A stretch of DNA of 64,000 bases from Tahibacter sp. (GTDB taxonomy: Bacteria > Pseudomonadota > Gammaproteobacteria > Xanthomonadales > Rhodanobacteraceae): positions 260 through 64,259 of the forward strand of contig NZ_DATIGT010000191.1 in the NCBI RefSeq assembly GCF_035481375.1. The letters are read 5' to 3'. Shown piece after piece: positions 17,533 through 26,112 of the stretch. Positions within the stretch are counted from its first letter, which is position 1; every line of letters begins with the position of its first letter. A model generated the notes under the pieces. That model saw only the letters and a program-made list of their open reading frames with translations. It did not search any database and was not told where the DNA came from. The position numbers and the translations under genes are program-made.

Positions 17533-19716
17533 TTGAACACTGCGTTCCTCGTCACGGGCGGCGCGCTGGCCGGCGCGCTCGCCGCCGATCTCCTCGCCGC
17601 GCACGAATTGCCGCCGCTCGCCGCCGGCGAGCGGCTCGGCCGGTTCGTGCTCGTTGCGGAAATCGGCCGCGGCGGCCACGGCGTGGTCTGGCGTGGCGAG
17701 CGTGACGACCGGACCTTCGCCCAGACCGTCGCGATCAAGGTCGTCAAGGCCGGCGCCGGCCTGCGCGCGCGCTTCCTGCGCGAGCGCGCGGTGCTCGGAC
17801 AATTGCACCATGTGCACATTGCGCGCATCGTCGACGCCGGCGAGCGCAGCGACGGGCTGCTGTGGTTCGCGATGGAGCACGTCGTCGGCGAACCCGCCGA
17901 CCGCCATGTCGCCGGACTGCGCGACTGGCGCCGCGGCATCGATGTACTGATCGCCGTCGCGCAGGCGGTCGAGCATGCGCATCGCCATCTCGTGGTCCAC
18001 GGCGACCTGACGCCGGGCAACATCCTGATCGCCGCCGACGGCATGCCGCGCCTGCTCGATTTCGGCATCGCACGCCGGCTCGACGACGCGGAATCCGGCG
18101 GCGACGTGCTGTTCACGCCGGGCTACGCGAGTCCGGAACAGCGCGCCGGTCGGGCGCTGACGACCGCGTCGGACGTCTATCAGCTCGGCCGGCTCGTGCA
18201 GCGCTGGCTGCTGGAAGGCCGCGGACCACAACCGCCGCGCTGGGCGCAGCGTCTGCTCGCGCCGGTCGTCGCGCGCGCGACGGCGGCGGAACCGGCGCGG
18301 CGCCATGCGGAAGTCAGCGCGCTGCGCGAAGACCTCGCGCTGATCCGCGCGGCGCGCGCACCGCGTCATGTGCCGTCGCCGCCGTCGCTGCGGCTGTCGC
18401 TGTTCCTGTGCCGGCACCGGCGCGCGGCGCTGCTCGGCGCCGTGCTCGTCGCGCTGTCGGGCGTGATCGCGGCGCAGCAGTGGGCGCACCATCGTTATGC
18501 GCGCGAGCGCCTGCTGCGCGACGCGCGCAGTTCGCGCGAAGTCAGCGCGTTCATGAGCAGTCTGTTCCGCGCCGCGAATCCGAACGACAACGGCGGCCGG
18601 CGCGTCGACGCCGAGGAAATCCTGCGCCGCGGCGCGGAACGCATCGCGCAGGATCTGTCCGGCCAGCCGCGCCTGAAGGCAGATCTGTCACTCGCGATGG
18701 CCGAAGCCTACCTGCAGCTCGGCCGGACCGAGGCCGCCGAACCTCTGCTGCTGCAGGCGCTGTCGCTGCGCATCGACGGCGATGCGGTCGCACTCGCGCG
18801 CACGCTCGAGGTCCAGGCGCTGCTGCGGCACCGCCAGGGCCGCTTCGGCGAAGCGCTGCAGGCGGCGGATGCGGGCATCGCCGCGGTCGCGCAGAGCGAC
18901 GACGTGCTGCTGCGCGCCGATCTCGGCAGCCGCCGCGGCAACGCGCTCAAGGCGCTGGGCCGGCTCGACGAAGCCGTCGCCGAATTCGATGCGTCGATCG
19001 CGCGGATCCGCACCGCCGGCAGCGACAGCGACGCGCTCGCGCGTCTGCACAACAACCGCGGGCTCGCGATGATGCAGGTCAGGCGCCTGCCGGCCGCGCG
19101 TGCGGATTTCGAACAGGCGCTCGCGATCTACGCGCAGCGCTACGGCGAGGACCATCCGCTGTGGAGCGGCGCGGCCTCGAACCTGAGCTGGGCGCTCGGC
19201 GAACTCCGGCAGTTCGACGCGGCGACGACGCTGATCCGCCGCCGGCTGCGGATTTCGGAACGGCTCTACGGCGCGCAGAGCGCGGAATTCGCGAACGACC
19301 TGAACGTGCTCGGCGGCATCCTCGGCGATCAGGCGCTGCGCCGCGAAGCGATTGCCGAATTCGAGCGTTCGGCGCGGATCTGGCGTGCCGCGCTCGGCCC
19401 CGATCATCCGGCGCCGCTGCATCCGCTGCACAACCTCGGGCGCCAGCGCCTGCTGCTCGGCGAGGCGCAGCGTGCCGCCGACCTGCTGGCCGAGGTCGAA
19501 GCGCAGCGCCTGCGCCTGATCGGCGCCGCGCATGCGGACACGGCCGACGTGCAGCTCGATCTCGGCGATGCGCTGCGCGCGCTCGGGCGCGAGCGCGATG
19601 CGCGCTCGGCTTATGCGCGGTCGCTCGCGGCATTCTCGGCGATCGCGCAGACGCCGCCGCAGCGCCTCGCGGAACTGCGTGCGCGGCTGGCGCCGTCCGC
19701 GCCGGCCGCGCACTGA
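17533..19716 (+). CDS. Hanks-type Ser/Thr protein kinase, single TM, C-terminal TPR region
   Basis: G-loop IGRGGHGVVW, VAIKVVK, catalytic loop HGDLTPGNILI (atypical), DFGIARRL, TPGYASPEQ. TM is AALLGAVLVALSGVIAAQ, followed by TPR-like repeats. The TTG 17533 start is inferred from where GC3 rises; the ORF track starts at 17272, inside the sigma gene. Confidence 0.8.
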   Translation: MNTAFLVTGGALAGALAADLLAAHELPPLAAGERLGRFVLVAEIGRGGHGVVWRGERDDRTFAQTVAIKVVKAGAGLRARFLRERAVLGQLHHVHIARIVDAGERSDGLLWFAMEHVVGEPADRHVAGLRDWRRGIDVLIAVAQAVEHAHRHLVVHGDLTPGNILIAADGMPRLLDFGIARRLDDAESGGDVLFTPGYASPEQRAGRALTTASDVYQLGRLVQRWLLEGRGPQPPRWAQRLLAPVVARATAAEPARRHAEVSALREDLALIRAARAPRHVPSPPSLRLSLFLCRHRRAALLGAVLVALSGVIAAQQWAHHRYARERLLRDARSSREVSAFMSSLFRAANPNDNGGRRVDAEEILRRGAERIAQDLSGQPRLKADLSLAMAEAYLQLGRTEAAEPLLLQALSLRIDGDAVALARTLEVQALLRHRQGRFGEALQAADAGIAAVAQSDDVLLRADLGSRRGNALKALGRLDEAVAEFDASIARIRTAGSDSDALARLHNNRGLAMMQVRRLPAARADFEQALAIYAQRYGEDHPLWSGAASNLSWALGELRQFDAATTLIRRRLRISERLYGAQSAEFANDLNVLGGILGDQALRREAIAEFERSARIWRAALGPDHPAPLHPLHNLGRQRLLLGEAQRAADLLAEVEAQRLRLIGAAHADTADVQLDLGDALRALGRERDARSAYARSLAAFSAIAQTPPQRLAELRARLAPSAPAAH

Positions 19717-19717
19717 C

Positions 19718-20746
19718 TCACACCGGCGACGGATTGCGCTCGGCGAAGCCCGACTGATGCCAGTAGGGATAGGGCTTGGTCGTCGCACTCGCGGCATCGA
19801 GGCGCGCGACCTGCTCCGGCGTGAGATTCCAGCCGACCGCGCCGAGGTTCTGCCTGAGCTGTTCCTCGTTGCGCGCGCCGATCACGACGGTGCTGACGGT
19901 CGGCCGCTGCAGCAGCCAGTTCAGCGCGATCTGCGGCACGCTCTTGCCGGTTTCCGCGGCGATCGCGTCGAGCGCGTCGACGACGTTATACAAATACTCG
20001 TCGTCCACGGGCGGGCCGAAATCGGCCGTCGCGTGCAGGCGGCTGGTTTCCGGCAGCGGTGCGCCGCGGCGCAGCTTGCCGGTCAGGCGGCCCCAGCCCA
20101 GCGGACTCCAGACCACCGCGCCGACGCCCTGGTCGAGGCCGAGCGGCATGAGTTCCCATTCGTAGTCGCGGCCGATCAGCGAGTAGTAGGTCTGGTTCGC
20201 GACATAGCGCGACCAGCCGTAGCGCTCGGCGATCGCGAGCGACTTCATGAGGTGCCAGCCGCTGAAGTTCGACACGCCGAGATAGCGCAGCTTGCCGGCG
20301 CGCACGAGATCGTCGAGCGTGCCCAGGGTTTCCTCGATCGGCGTGCGCGCGTCGAAGCCGTGCAGCTGGAACAGATCGATGTAGTCGGTGCCCAGACGCG
20401 CGAGCGACGCGTCGACCGCGCGCGTGAGGTGATGACGCGACGAGCCGAGCTGGTTTTCGCCCTCGCCGAAGCGGAACGTGGCCTTCGTCGACAGGATGAG
20501 CTGGTCGCGCGGACGGCCCTTGATCGCCTCGCCGAGGATCGATTCGGCCGCGCCCTTGGAATAGATGTCGGCGGTGTCGAACATCGTGAGTCCCGCGTCG
20601 ACGCAGATGTCGACGAGGCGGCGCGCCTGCGCCACGTCGGTCGAGCCCCAGGCGCTGAACAGCGCGCCCTGGCCGCCGAACGTGCCGGTGCCGAAGCTCA
20701 GCACGGGAACGCGGAAGCCGGAGCGGCCGAGGTAACGGTATTCCAT
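19718..20746 (-). CDS. Aldo/keto reductase (Kv-beta/YajO-like)
   Basis: MEYRYLGRSGFRVPVLSFGTGTFGG..., FDTADIYSKG, DLFQLHGFD, RYLGVSNFSGW. Confidence 0.88.
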   Translation of the reverse strand: MEYRYLGRSGFRVPVLSFGTGTFGGQGALFSAWGSTDVAQARRLVDICVDAGLTMFDTADIYSKGAAESILGEAIKGRPRDQLILSTKATFRFGEGENQLGSSRHHLTRAVDASLARLGTDYIDLFQLHGFDARTPIEETLGTLDDLVRAGKLRYLGVSNFSGWHLMKSLAIAERYGWSRYVANQTYYSLIGRDYEWELMPLGLDQGVGAVVWSPLGWGRLTGKLRRGAPLPETSRLHATADFGPPVDDEYLYNVVDALDAIAAETGKSVPQIALNWLLQRPTVSTVVIGARNEEQLRQNLGAVGWNLTPEQVARLDAASATTKPYPYWHQSGFAERNPSPV

Positions 20747-20852
20747 GACTAACCTCCAGAGTGACGAAGGCCGGACCGCATCGGGTTGCGGCGGCGGGGC
20801 AGCCGAACTGGGGCCGACCCGCGCCGATTCACTGCGACTTTGGTCGTGTCGC

Positions 20853-22148
20853 TCACGCGGCGTCGCGATGTGCGTCGTCGCCCGCGTCGCCGATCGCCTC
20901 CGCCGCGCGCCGGGCGCGCGACAGGCAGCCGAGACTCAGCGCGTCGACGAGCGGCGCCGCGAAGCCTTCGCGCCGGCGCCGCCAGCGGCGGTAGAGCAGC
21001 GACATCGCGATCGTCGCCACGACGCCGAGACCGAGCCACACCGCGACACCGAGCGTCCGCCACAAGTCCACACCGGCGAGACCGAGGCCCAGCGTCTGCA
21101 GCAGCGCGAGCGAAACCAGCGGCGCAGCGACGACGTAGGACTGCAGCAGCACGCCGCGGCGACGCGTCGCCTGCTGCAGCCGCGCGCGCCACGGACCCGG
21201 CGCGCCGTCGTCGGGCCGCGCGAGCGCATCGAACTGCAGGATCGCGCCGATCAGCCAGCCGATCGCGAGCAGGTGCTGGAATATGCCGGGAACCAGCGCC
21301 GCGGCATCGCTGCCGTGCTGCGCGTTGAACGTGCCGCTGATCAGGATCAGCACCGTGATCAGGCCGATGCCGAGACCGGCGCGGCGGCGCGCATCGGCGC
21401 GTGCCGATTCGAATGCCGGCGCGAATGCGACCGGCAGACGCCGGTGCAGCGCGCGCCGGCCGCCGTCGTCGGCGAGGTCGCGTTCGAACTCGAGCTGACG
21501 GTCGAGCGCGTCGCGCGTGCGCAGCCAGTCGCCGCCCGCGCTTTCGTCGGCGAACCGGCGCAGCGCGGCCGAGTCGGGATAGCGCCGCGACAGCATGCGC
21601 ACGACGCCCGCGAACAGCGGTATCAGCAGCAGGCCGAGCCCGACATTCACTGCCGTCACGCTGAGCGGCAGGCGGCTCAGCAGATCGACGCCGGACAGCA
21701 CCTTCACGACGACGGCGACCAGCGGCAGCCAGAGCAGCACCGACAGCTGCGCGATCGCACGCGCCATCGCGAGCCGGCGCGTGCGCAGCACGTCGTATTC
21801 CGCGCGCAACTGCGTCAGCGCCATGCCGAAGTCGAGCCGCTGCAGCGTCAGCCACTCGCGCAGATCGACCGATCCCTGTGCGAGCGTCAGCAGCGCGAAC
21901 GGCAACGCGAGCAGCAGATAGGTCGGATCGCTGCGCTGATTCAGCATGAACGCGGCGATCGCCGCGAATGCCGCGCCGCCGATGACGAGCGCGCGGCCGC
22001 GCCGGCTGCGCTGGCGTGCGAGCGAGGTGGCGGTCCGCGCGGTCAGGCGGCGGCGCACGGCTTCCACATCGAGCTGCAGCTGCGCGTCGATGTCACGGGT
22101 CTGCGCCGACCAGCGCTGCTTCAGGCTGTCGAGATCGAGCGTGTTCAT
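20853..22148 (-). CDS. Polytopic membrane protein (431 aa), putative partner or anti-sigma of the upstream ECF sigma
   Basis: The start overlaps the sigma stop (ATGA at 22145-22148). About 8 predicted TM segments. Internal duplication: SLKQRWSAQTRDIDAQLQLD near the N-terminus and GGDWLRTRDALDRQLEFE near the middle, each followed by about 4 TM. No ZAS or other anti-sigma motif recognised. Confidence 0.6.
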   Translation of the reverse strand: MNTLDLDSLKQRWSAQTRDIDAQLQLDVEAVRRRLTARTATSLARQRSRRGRALVIGGAAFAAIAAFMLNQRSDPTYLLLALPFALLTLAQGSVDLREWLTLQRLDFGMALTQLRAEYDVLRTRRLAMARAIAQLSVLLWLPLVAVVVKVLSGVDLLSRLPLSVTAVNVGLGLLLIPLFAGVVRMLSRRYPDSAALRRFADESAGGDWLRTRDALDRQLEFERDLADDGGRRALHRRLPVAFAPAFESARADARRRAGLGIGLITVLILISGTFNAQHGSDAAALVPGIFQHLLAIGWLIGAILQFDALARPDDGAPGPWRARLQQATRRRGVLLQSYVVAAPLVSLALLQTLGLGLAGVDLWRTLGVAVWLGLGVVATIAMSLLYRRWRRRREGFAAPLVDALSLGCLSRARRAAEAIGDAGDDAHRDAA

Positions 22149-22663
22149 GCGTCGTCCTTCTGCGCGGCGTAGTCGCGCTGCAGTTTCTGTTTGATGCGGT
22201 TGATGCGGGTCGCGACATTGGTCGCGCTGAGGCCCAGCATCGCGGCGGTTTCATCCTGCGAATAGCCTTCGAGGTAGAGCAGGATCAGCGCGCGATTGAC
22301 CTCGTCGAGCCGGCCGATGAGCTGGTGCAGCGCGCGCAGGTCGTCGCCTTCGGCGTCGAGCACGCGATCGGCGGCGGCCAGATCCATGCCGAAGTCGTCG
22401 ATCGGCAGCGCGTCGCGGATGCGCCGGCTCTCGCCGCGGAAGAACGAGATCGCGACGTTGATCGCGATGCGCTGCATCCACGCCGCGAACGGCTGCGCGC
22501 GGTCGTAGCGCGGCCATGCGCGCCACAGCTCGATCGTGATGTCCTGGATCAGGTCGCCGCGGTCCTCGCGCCGGCTGCAATAGGCATTTGCGACTTTGTA
22601 CAGAATGGCCTTGTGCCGCCGGAGTTCGGCGAGAAAGACATCGTCGCTACGGATTGCGCTCAT
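22145..22663 (-). CDS. ECF-type RNA polymerase sigma factor
   Basis: I start at Met25 (MSAIRSDDVFLAELRRHKAILYKVANAY...). Region 2 is DLIQDITIELWRAW...FAAWMQRIAINV. Region 4 is ALILLYLEGYSQDETAAMLGLSATNVATRINR. Confidence 0.85.
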   Translation of the reverse strand: MSAIRSDDVFLAELRRHKAILYKVANAYCSRREDRGDLIQDITIELWRAWPRYDRAQPFAAWMQRIAINVAISFFRGESRRIRDALPIDDFGMDLAAADRVLDAEGDDLRALHQLIGRLDEVNRALILLYLEGYSQDETAAMLGLSATNVATRINRIKQKLQRDYAAQKDDA

Positions 22664-22730
22664 TCGGGACGGTGATGGCGGCGGGGCCGGGCCGGCCTCG
22701 CGGAGCTTATTCGCCGGGACGAGGAGAATC

Positions 22731-22756
22731 ATCACGGCACGGCCCCGGCCGTTGCG
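22731..22756 (-). promoter_or_regulatory. Candidate ECF-type promoter (CGCAAC-N14-CGTGAT on the minus strand)
   Basis: Read directly about 70 nt upstream of the sigma start. It resembles the AAC-N15/16-CGT architecture of ECF promoters and the motif upstream of the sigma gene at 35175. Weak evidence. Confidence 0.25.
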
Positions 22757-22829
22757 GCGCGTGCCTGGACGTCGGCGCCGGCAAGGCCTGCCGGCAGGAG
22801 CATGGGTTTCATCGGAGTGTCCGCTGTGG

Positions 22830-22859
22830 GTGGTCGAGCCCGTTCGCGGGCTCGACCAC
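22830..22859 (-). terminator. Perfect 13-bp stem hairpin with a TTCG loop downstream of the M23 peptidase gene
   Basis: GTGGTCGAGCCCG-TTCG-CGGGCTCGACCAC read directly. There is no clear U-tract, so it may be an RNA-stabilising or Rho-dependent element. Confidence 0.45.
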
Positions 22860-22914
22860 TCAATTCGCGCGGACGCGCCGATTTGTCACAGGCACGCCCG
22901 GTTCGCCGGCGCGA

Positions 22915-24177
22915 TCAGTCGGACGTCCGCGGCAGCCGCAGCGCACCGACCGCCGCGCGCTCGCGGCGCACGGCATCGGTTCGGGCTTCCTCGGCCGTGC
23001 CGACGAAGAACGTGCGCGTGTAGCTCTGGCCCTGGAACTCGGCGCGGAACCGCCAGTTGCCGCGCGGCGCATCCGCGAGCACGGTGTGGCGCCAGGTGAA
23101 GGCCGTCGCGGTATAGAAACTGCGCGGCAGGTTCGCGTCGGCGAGGTCGTACTGCCAGCGCGCGAACTCGCTGCCGTCGGCGCGCAGCAGCGTGAACGTC
23201 GCGGGATTGCCGCTCTGATGGTCGCGGAAGGTCGCGAGCACGTAGAACGGCGTGCCCGGCACGACGCTGTCGACCGCATTCGGCTGTTCGCGGACGTCGA
23301 GCATGCCGTCCGTGCCGCAGCCGACGAACTGCGGTTCCTGAGCGTGCAGCGAGACGGTGTTGATGGCCGGATCGCGATAGGGCTGCGGCGGCGACCAGCG
23401 TTCGGGCTCGGCGTTGCAGTTGCCGTGGCGCGGGTCGACGACGCGGCCGGTGGCGTCGTGCAGCTCGAAGTGCAGATGCGGTCCGGTCGACGAACCGGAG
23501 CTGCCGACGAGGCCCAGGTATTCGCCGGCGTCGACCGCGTCGCCGGGCCGCTTCGTCGTCGCGCTGCCGCGCTTCAGATGCCCGTACCAGGTGACGCTGC
23601 CGTCGTCGTGGCGCAGATAGACCGCGTTCCAGGGCCGGTCGCCCATGGTGCAGGAGCGATCCGGATGACCGTCGACGACGCCGACGATCACCCCTGGCGC
23701 GGCGGCCACCGCGGCGACCGAGCCTTCGTCCATCGTCAGCCACGGAAACGGCCAGAGGAAATAGTCGGTGCCCGCGTGGTTGTAGCCGTTCTCGGTGTCG
23801 TAGGTGCGTGTGCCGCAGGCGTAGTCGCGCAGCCGGCCCGGAAACGCCGGGTCGTGATCGACGTAGTTTGAGATGCCGTGATAGCCCGCGCCGTCGTCGC
23901 GCAGCGAACGCAGCGGCCAGTGCAGCAGCACGGCGCCGGCTGCCTTGCGGCGCGCCGTCGCGTCACGCAAGGCCGGCGATGCCAGCGCGGCCTCGATCTC
24001 GTGGCGGATGCGCAGGCGCGCCGGTTCCGAGAGTTCGTCGCGCGCCGCGTCGTCGGGCATCACCCAGTGCGCGACCGGCGGCTGCGCAGCGGCGATACCG
24101 CTGCCAAGCAGCATCGCCGCTGCGCCGATGAAACCGTGCCGCCGGAATGTCGAGTCGGATTGCCGCATGCCGTGCAT
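22915..24177 (-). CDS. M23-family metallopeptidase with an uncharacterised C-terminal domain
   Basis: I start at Met49 (MHGMRQSDSTFRRHGFIGAAAMLLGSGIAAAQ, signal-like) behind a G-rich RBS. HAGTDY (HxxxD) and GPHLHFEL (HxH). About 170 residues follow the catalytic domain. Confidence 0.85.
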   Translation of the reverse strand: MHGMRQSDSTFRRHGFIGAAAMLLGSGIAAAQPPVAHWVMPDDAARDELSEPARLRIRHEIEAALASPALRDATARRKAAGAVLLHWPLRSLRDDGAGYHGISNYVDHDPAFPGRLRDYACGTRTYDTENGYNHAGTDYFLWPFPWLTMDEGSVAAVAAAPGVIVGVVDGHPDRSCTMGDRPWNAVYLRHDDGSVTWYGHLKRGSATTKRPGDAVDAGEYLGLVGSSGSSTGPHLHFELHDATGRVVDPRHGNCNAEPERWSPPQPYRDPAINTVSLHAQEPQFVGCGTDGMLDVREQPNAVDSVVPGTPFYVLATFRDHQSGNPATFTLLRADGSEFARWQYDLADANLPRSFYTATAFTWRHTVLADAPRGNWRFRAEFQGQSYTRTFFVGTAEEARTDAVRRERAAVGALRLPRTSD

Positions 24178-24343
24178 CGTCCCGCCCCCTGCGTGAGCCT
24201 GCCGTGTCGACCGCCCCGGACGGGCGATTTTCGCAAACTGCGCGTGCCCTTGAGCACGCGGTCGTGAAACCGTTCCGGATCTAGCCTGTGCACCGGGGGA
24301 AACCCGGCGCCGCGACAGCATCGACGATCAGAGGAGAACGATC

Positions 24344-25858
24344 ATGCCTGGCATGTCATCGGCGGCAGCGGTGCGCCTGTACGGCGCGGGGATACAGGGC
24401 TTCGTCACGGCGCTGGTCGCGGCCGTGCTGTGGTGCGGCGCGGCCGCATCGGTCGCGACTGCGGCCGAATCGCCGCGCGATCCGGTCGAAGGCCGCTGGT
24501 GGGGCACGGCCGGATCGGCGCGCGAGAAGATCGAGGTCGGCCTGCACTTCGTGCGCGGCGCCGACGGAAAACTCACGATGCGCATCACGCAGCCGATCTC
24601 GAACTACTTCGACGCCGACCCCGGCGGCGAGGTGAAACGCGACGGCGACCGCGTCGTGCACGAGGACATGGCACTGTCGCTGCAGCTGGCCGGCGACACC
24701 TTGAGCGGCACCTATCCCGGTCCGAACAGCCCGGCCGTCTTCGAGCGCGCGAAGCAGCTGCCGGCCGAAGCGCCGCCGCCGAAACTGCCGGCCGGCCCGG
24801 AGCCGCGCTGGGAAACGCGGATCGGCGGACAGGTCTATGCCTCGCCCGCCGTCGCCGACGGCGTCGCCTACATCGGCACGACCGGCGGCATCGTCAACGC
24901 CGTCGACACGCGCGACGGCAACCTGCGCTGGACCTTCACGACCGGCGCACCGGTCTTCGCGAGCGCCGCGGTCAGCGGTGACGCGGTCTACGTCACTGCC
25001 GACAACGGCTTGCTGTATCGACTGAACCGCAACGACGGCAAGGAACGCTGGCGCTACGCCCTCGGCGACGCCGGTACGCCGCGCGTGCTGCCGCATCCGC
25101 AGGTTTTCGACTGGGACTGGCAGGGCGCGCAGCCCGTCGTTGCCGACGACACCGTCTACGTCGGCGCCGGCGACGGCAGCTTCCACGCCGTGGCGATCGA
25201 GGACGGCAAGCGACGCTGGCGCTTCGCCACGCGCGCGGCCATCCGCAATGCCGCGGCCGTCGACGGCGAAACCGTCTACGTCGGCAGCATGGACAACAGT
25301 GTCTACGCCCTTGCCCGCGCCGACGGCCGCGAGCGCTGGCGCAACGACACCGGCGCCGCCGTCGACGCCGCACCGATCGTCCACGAAGGCCGCGTCCTCG
25401 TCGGCAACCGCGGCGCGGGCCTGCTGTCCATCGACGCCGCGAGCGGCGAGACGAAATGGCGCCTGTATTTCTGGGGCTCGTGGGTCGAGTCGACACCCGT
25501 CGTGCGCGACGGCGTGATCTATGTCGGCTCGTCCGACCTGCGCCGCGTCAGCGCGATCGACCCCGCCGACGGCCGCGCGATCTGGCGCACCGACGTCTAC
25601 GGCTGGACCTGGGGCACGCCGCTCGTCACGAAAAAGTATATTTATGCCGGTGTCGCCGGCGGCACGCCGTACTTCGTCCGTCACGTCGCCAGTTTCAGCG
25701 TGCTCGATCGCCGCAGCGGCAAGCTCGTTGCGCGGAGGCCGCTGCCCGATACGGGCGGGCACCAGTGGGGTATTGCGGGATCGCCGGTGCTGGCTGGCGA
25801 TACCGTCGTCGTCGCGACGATTGCGGGGTCGTTGATCGGGATTCCCGTGATGCCGTGA
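24344..25858 (+). CDS. Exported PQQ-like beta-propeller repeat protein
   Basis: RBS GAGGAG. N-terminal signal. Repeated units such as ASPAVADGVAYIGTTGGIVNAVDTRDGNLRW and YVGSMDNSVYALARADGRERW. Confidence 0.85.
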   Translation: MPGMSSAAAVRLYGAGIQGFVTALVAAVLWCGAAASVATAAESPRDPVEGRWWGTAGSAREKIEVGLHFVRGADGKLTMRITQPISNYFDADPGGEVKRDGDRVVHEDMALSLQLAGDTLSGTYPGPNSPAVFERAKQLPAEAPPPKLPAGPEPRWETRIGGQVYASPAVADGVAYIGTTGGIVNAVDTRDGNLRWTFTTGAPVFASAAVSGDAVYVTADNGLLYRLNRNDGKERWRYALGDAGTPRVLPHPQVFDWDWQGAQPVVADDTVYVGAGDGSFHAVAIEDGKRRWRFATRAAIRNAAAVDGETVYVGSMDNSVYALARADGRERWRNDTGAAVDAAPIVHEGRVLVGNRGAGLLSIDAASGETKWRLYFWGSWVESTPVVRDGVIYVGSSDLRRVSAIDPADGRAIWRTDVYGWTWGTPLVTKKYIYAGVAGGTPYFVRHVASFSVLDRRSGKLVARRPLPDTGGHQWGIAGSPVLAGDTVVVATIAGSLIGIPVMP

Positions 25859-25920
25859 GGCTGGGTGCGCGAGGCGATCCCATCTTTCCGATGTCGCGTC
25901 GAGGACTCGAAATAGCCCGG

Positions 25921-25954
25921 AAAAAGCGAGAAAAACCCTCCGCTTCAAGGAGGG
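25921..25954 (-). terminator. Minus-strand rho-independent terminator with no annotated minus-strand gene upstream
   Basis: On the minus strand: CCCTCC-TTGAAGC-GGAGGG followed by TTTTTCTCGCTTTTT. On the plus strand the stem is followed by AGAGACG, so it is oriented for the minus strand only. Confidence 0.5.
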
Positions 25955-26112
25955 AGAGACGATCGCTCAGAACCACAGGTTCCGGTTGTCCTGAACGCCC
26001 AACGGGCCGGACGGGCACGGGCGGGATGGGTTTCCGCTGCAACCCACATACGCCTGCACTGAAACCACGGAACTGTCATGCTTTCCGTCCGCCCCACGGC
26101 CGCCGGTGCCCC

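Noticed and set aside
25946-26079. 44-codon minus-strand ORF (MTVPWFQCRRMWVAAETHP...) ending inside the orphan terminator
   Set aside because: By my hand count GC3 is about 53 percent, against about 90 percent in genuine genes here. I treat the region as non-coding RNA or intergenic.
25456-26112. Long N-terminal extension of the EamA ORF (track start 25456, also ATG 26026)
   Set aside because: The extension overlaps the end of the PQQ-propeller gene and then runs through the intergenic region with non-coding composition (Arg/Pro/Cys/His-rich). The first TM of the transporter begins shortly after TTG 26113.
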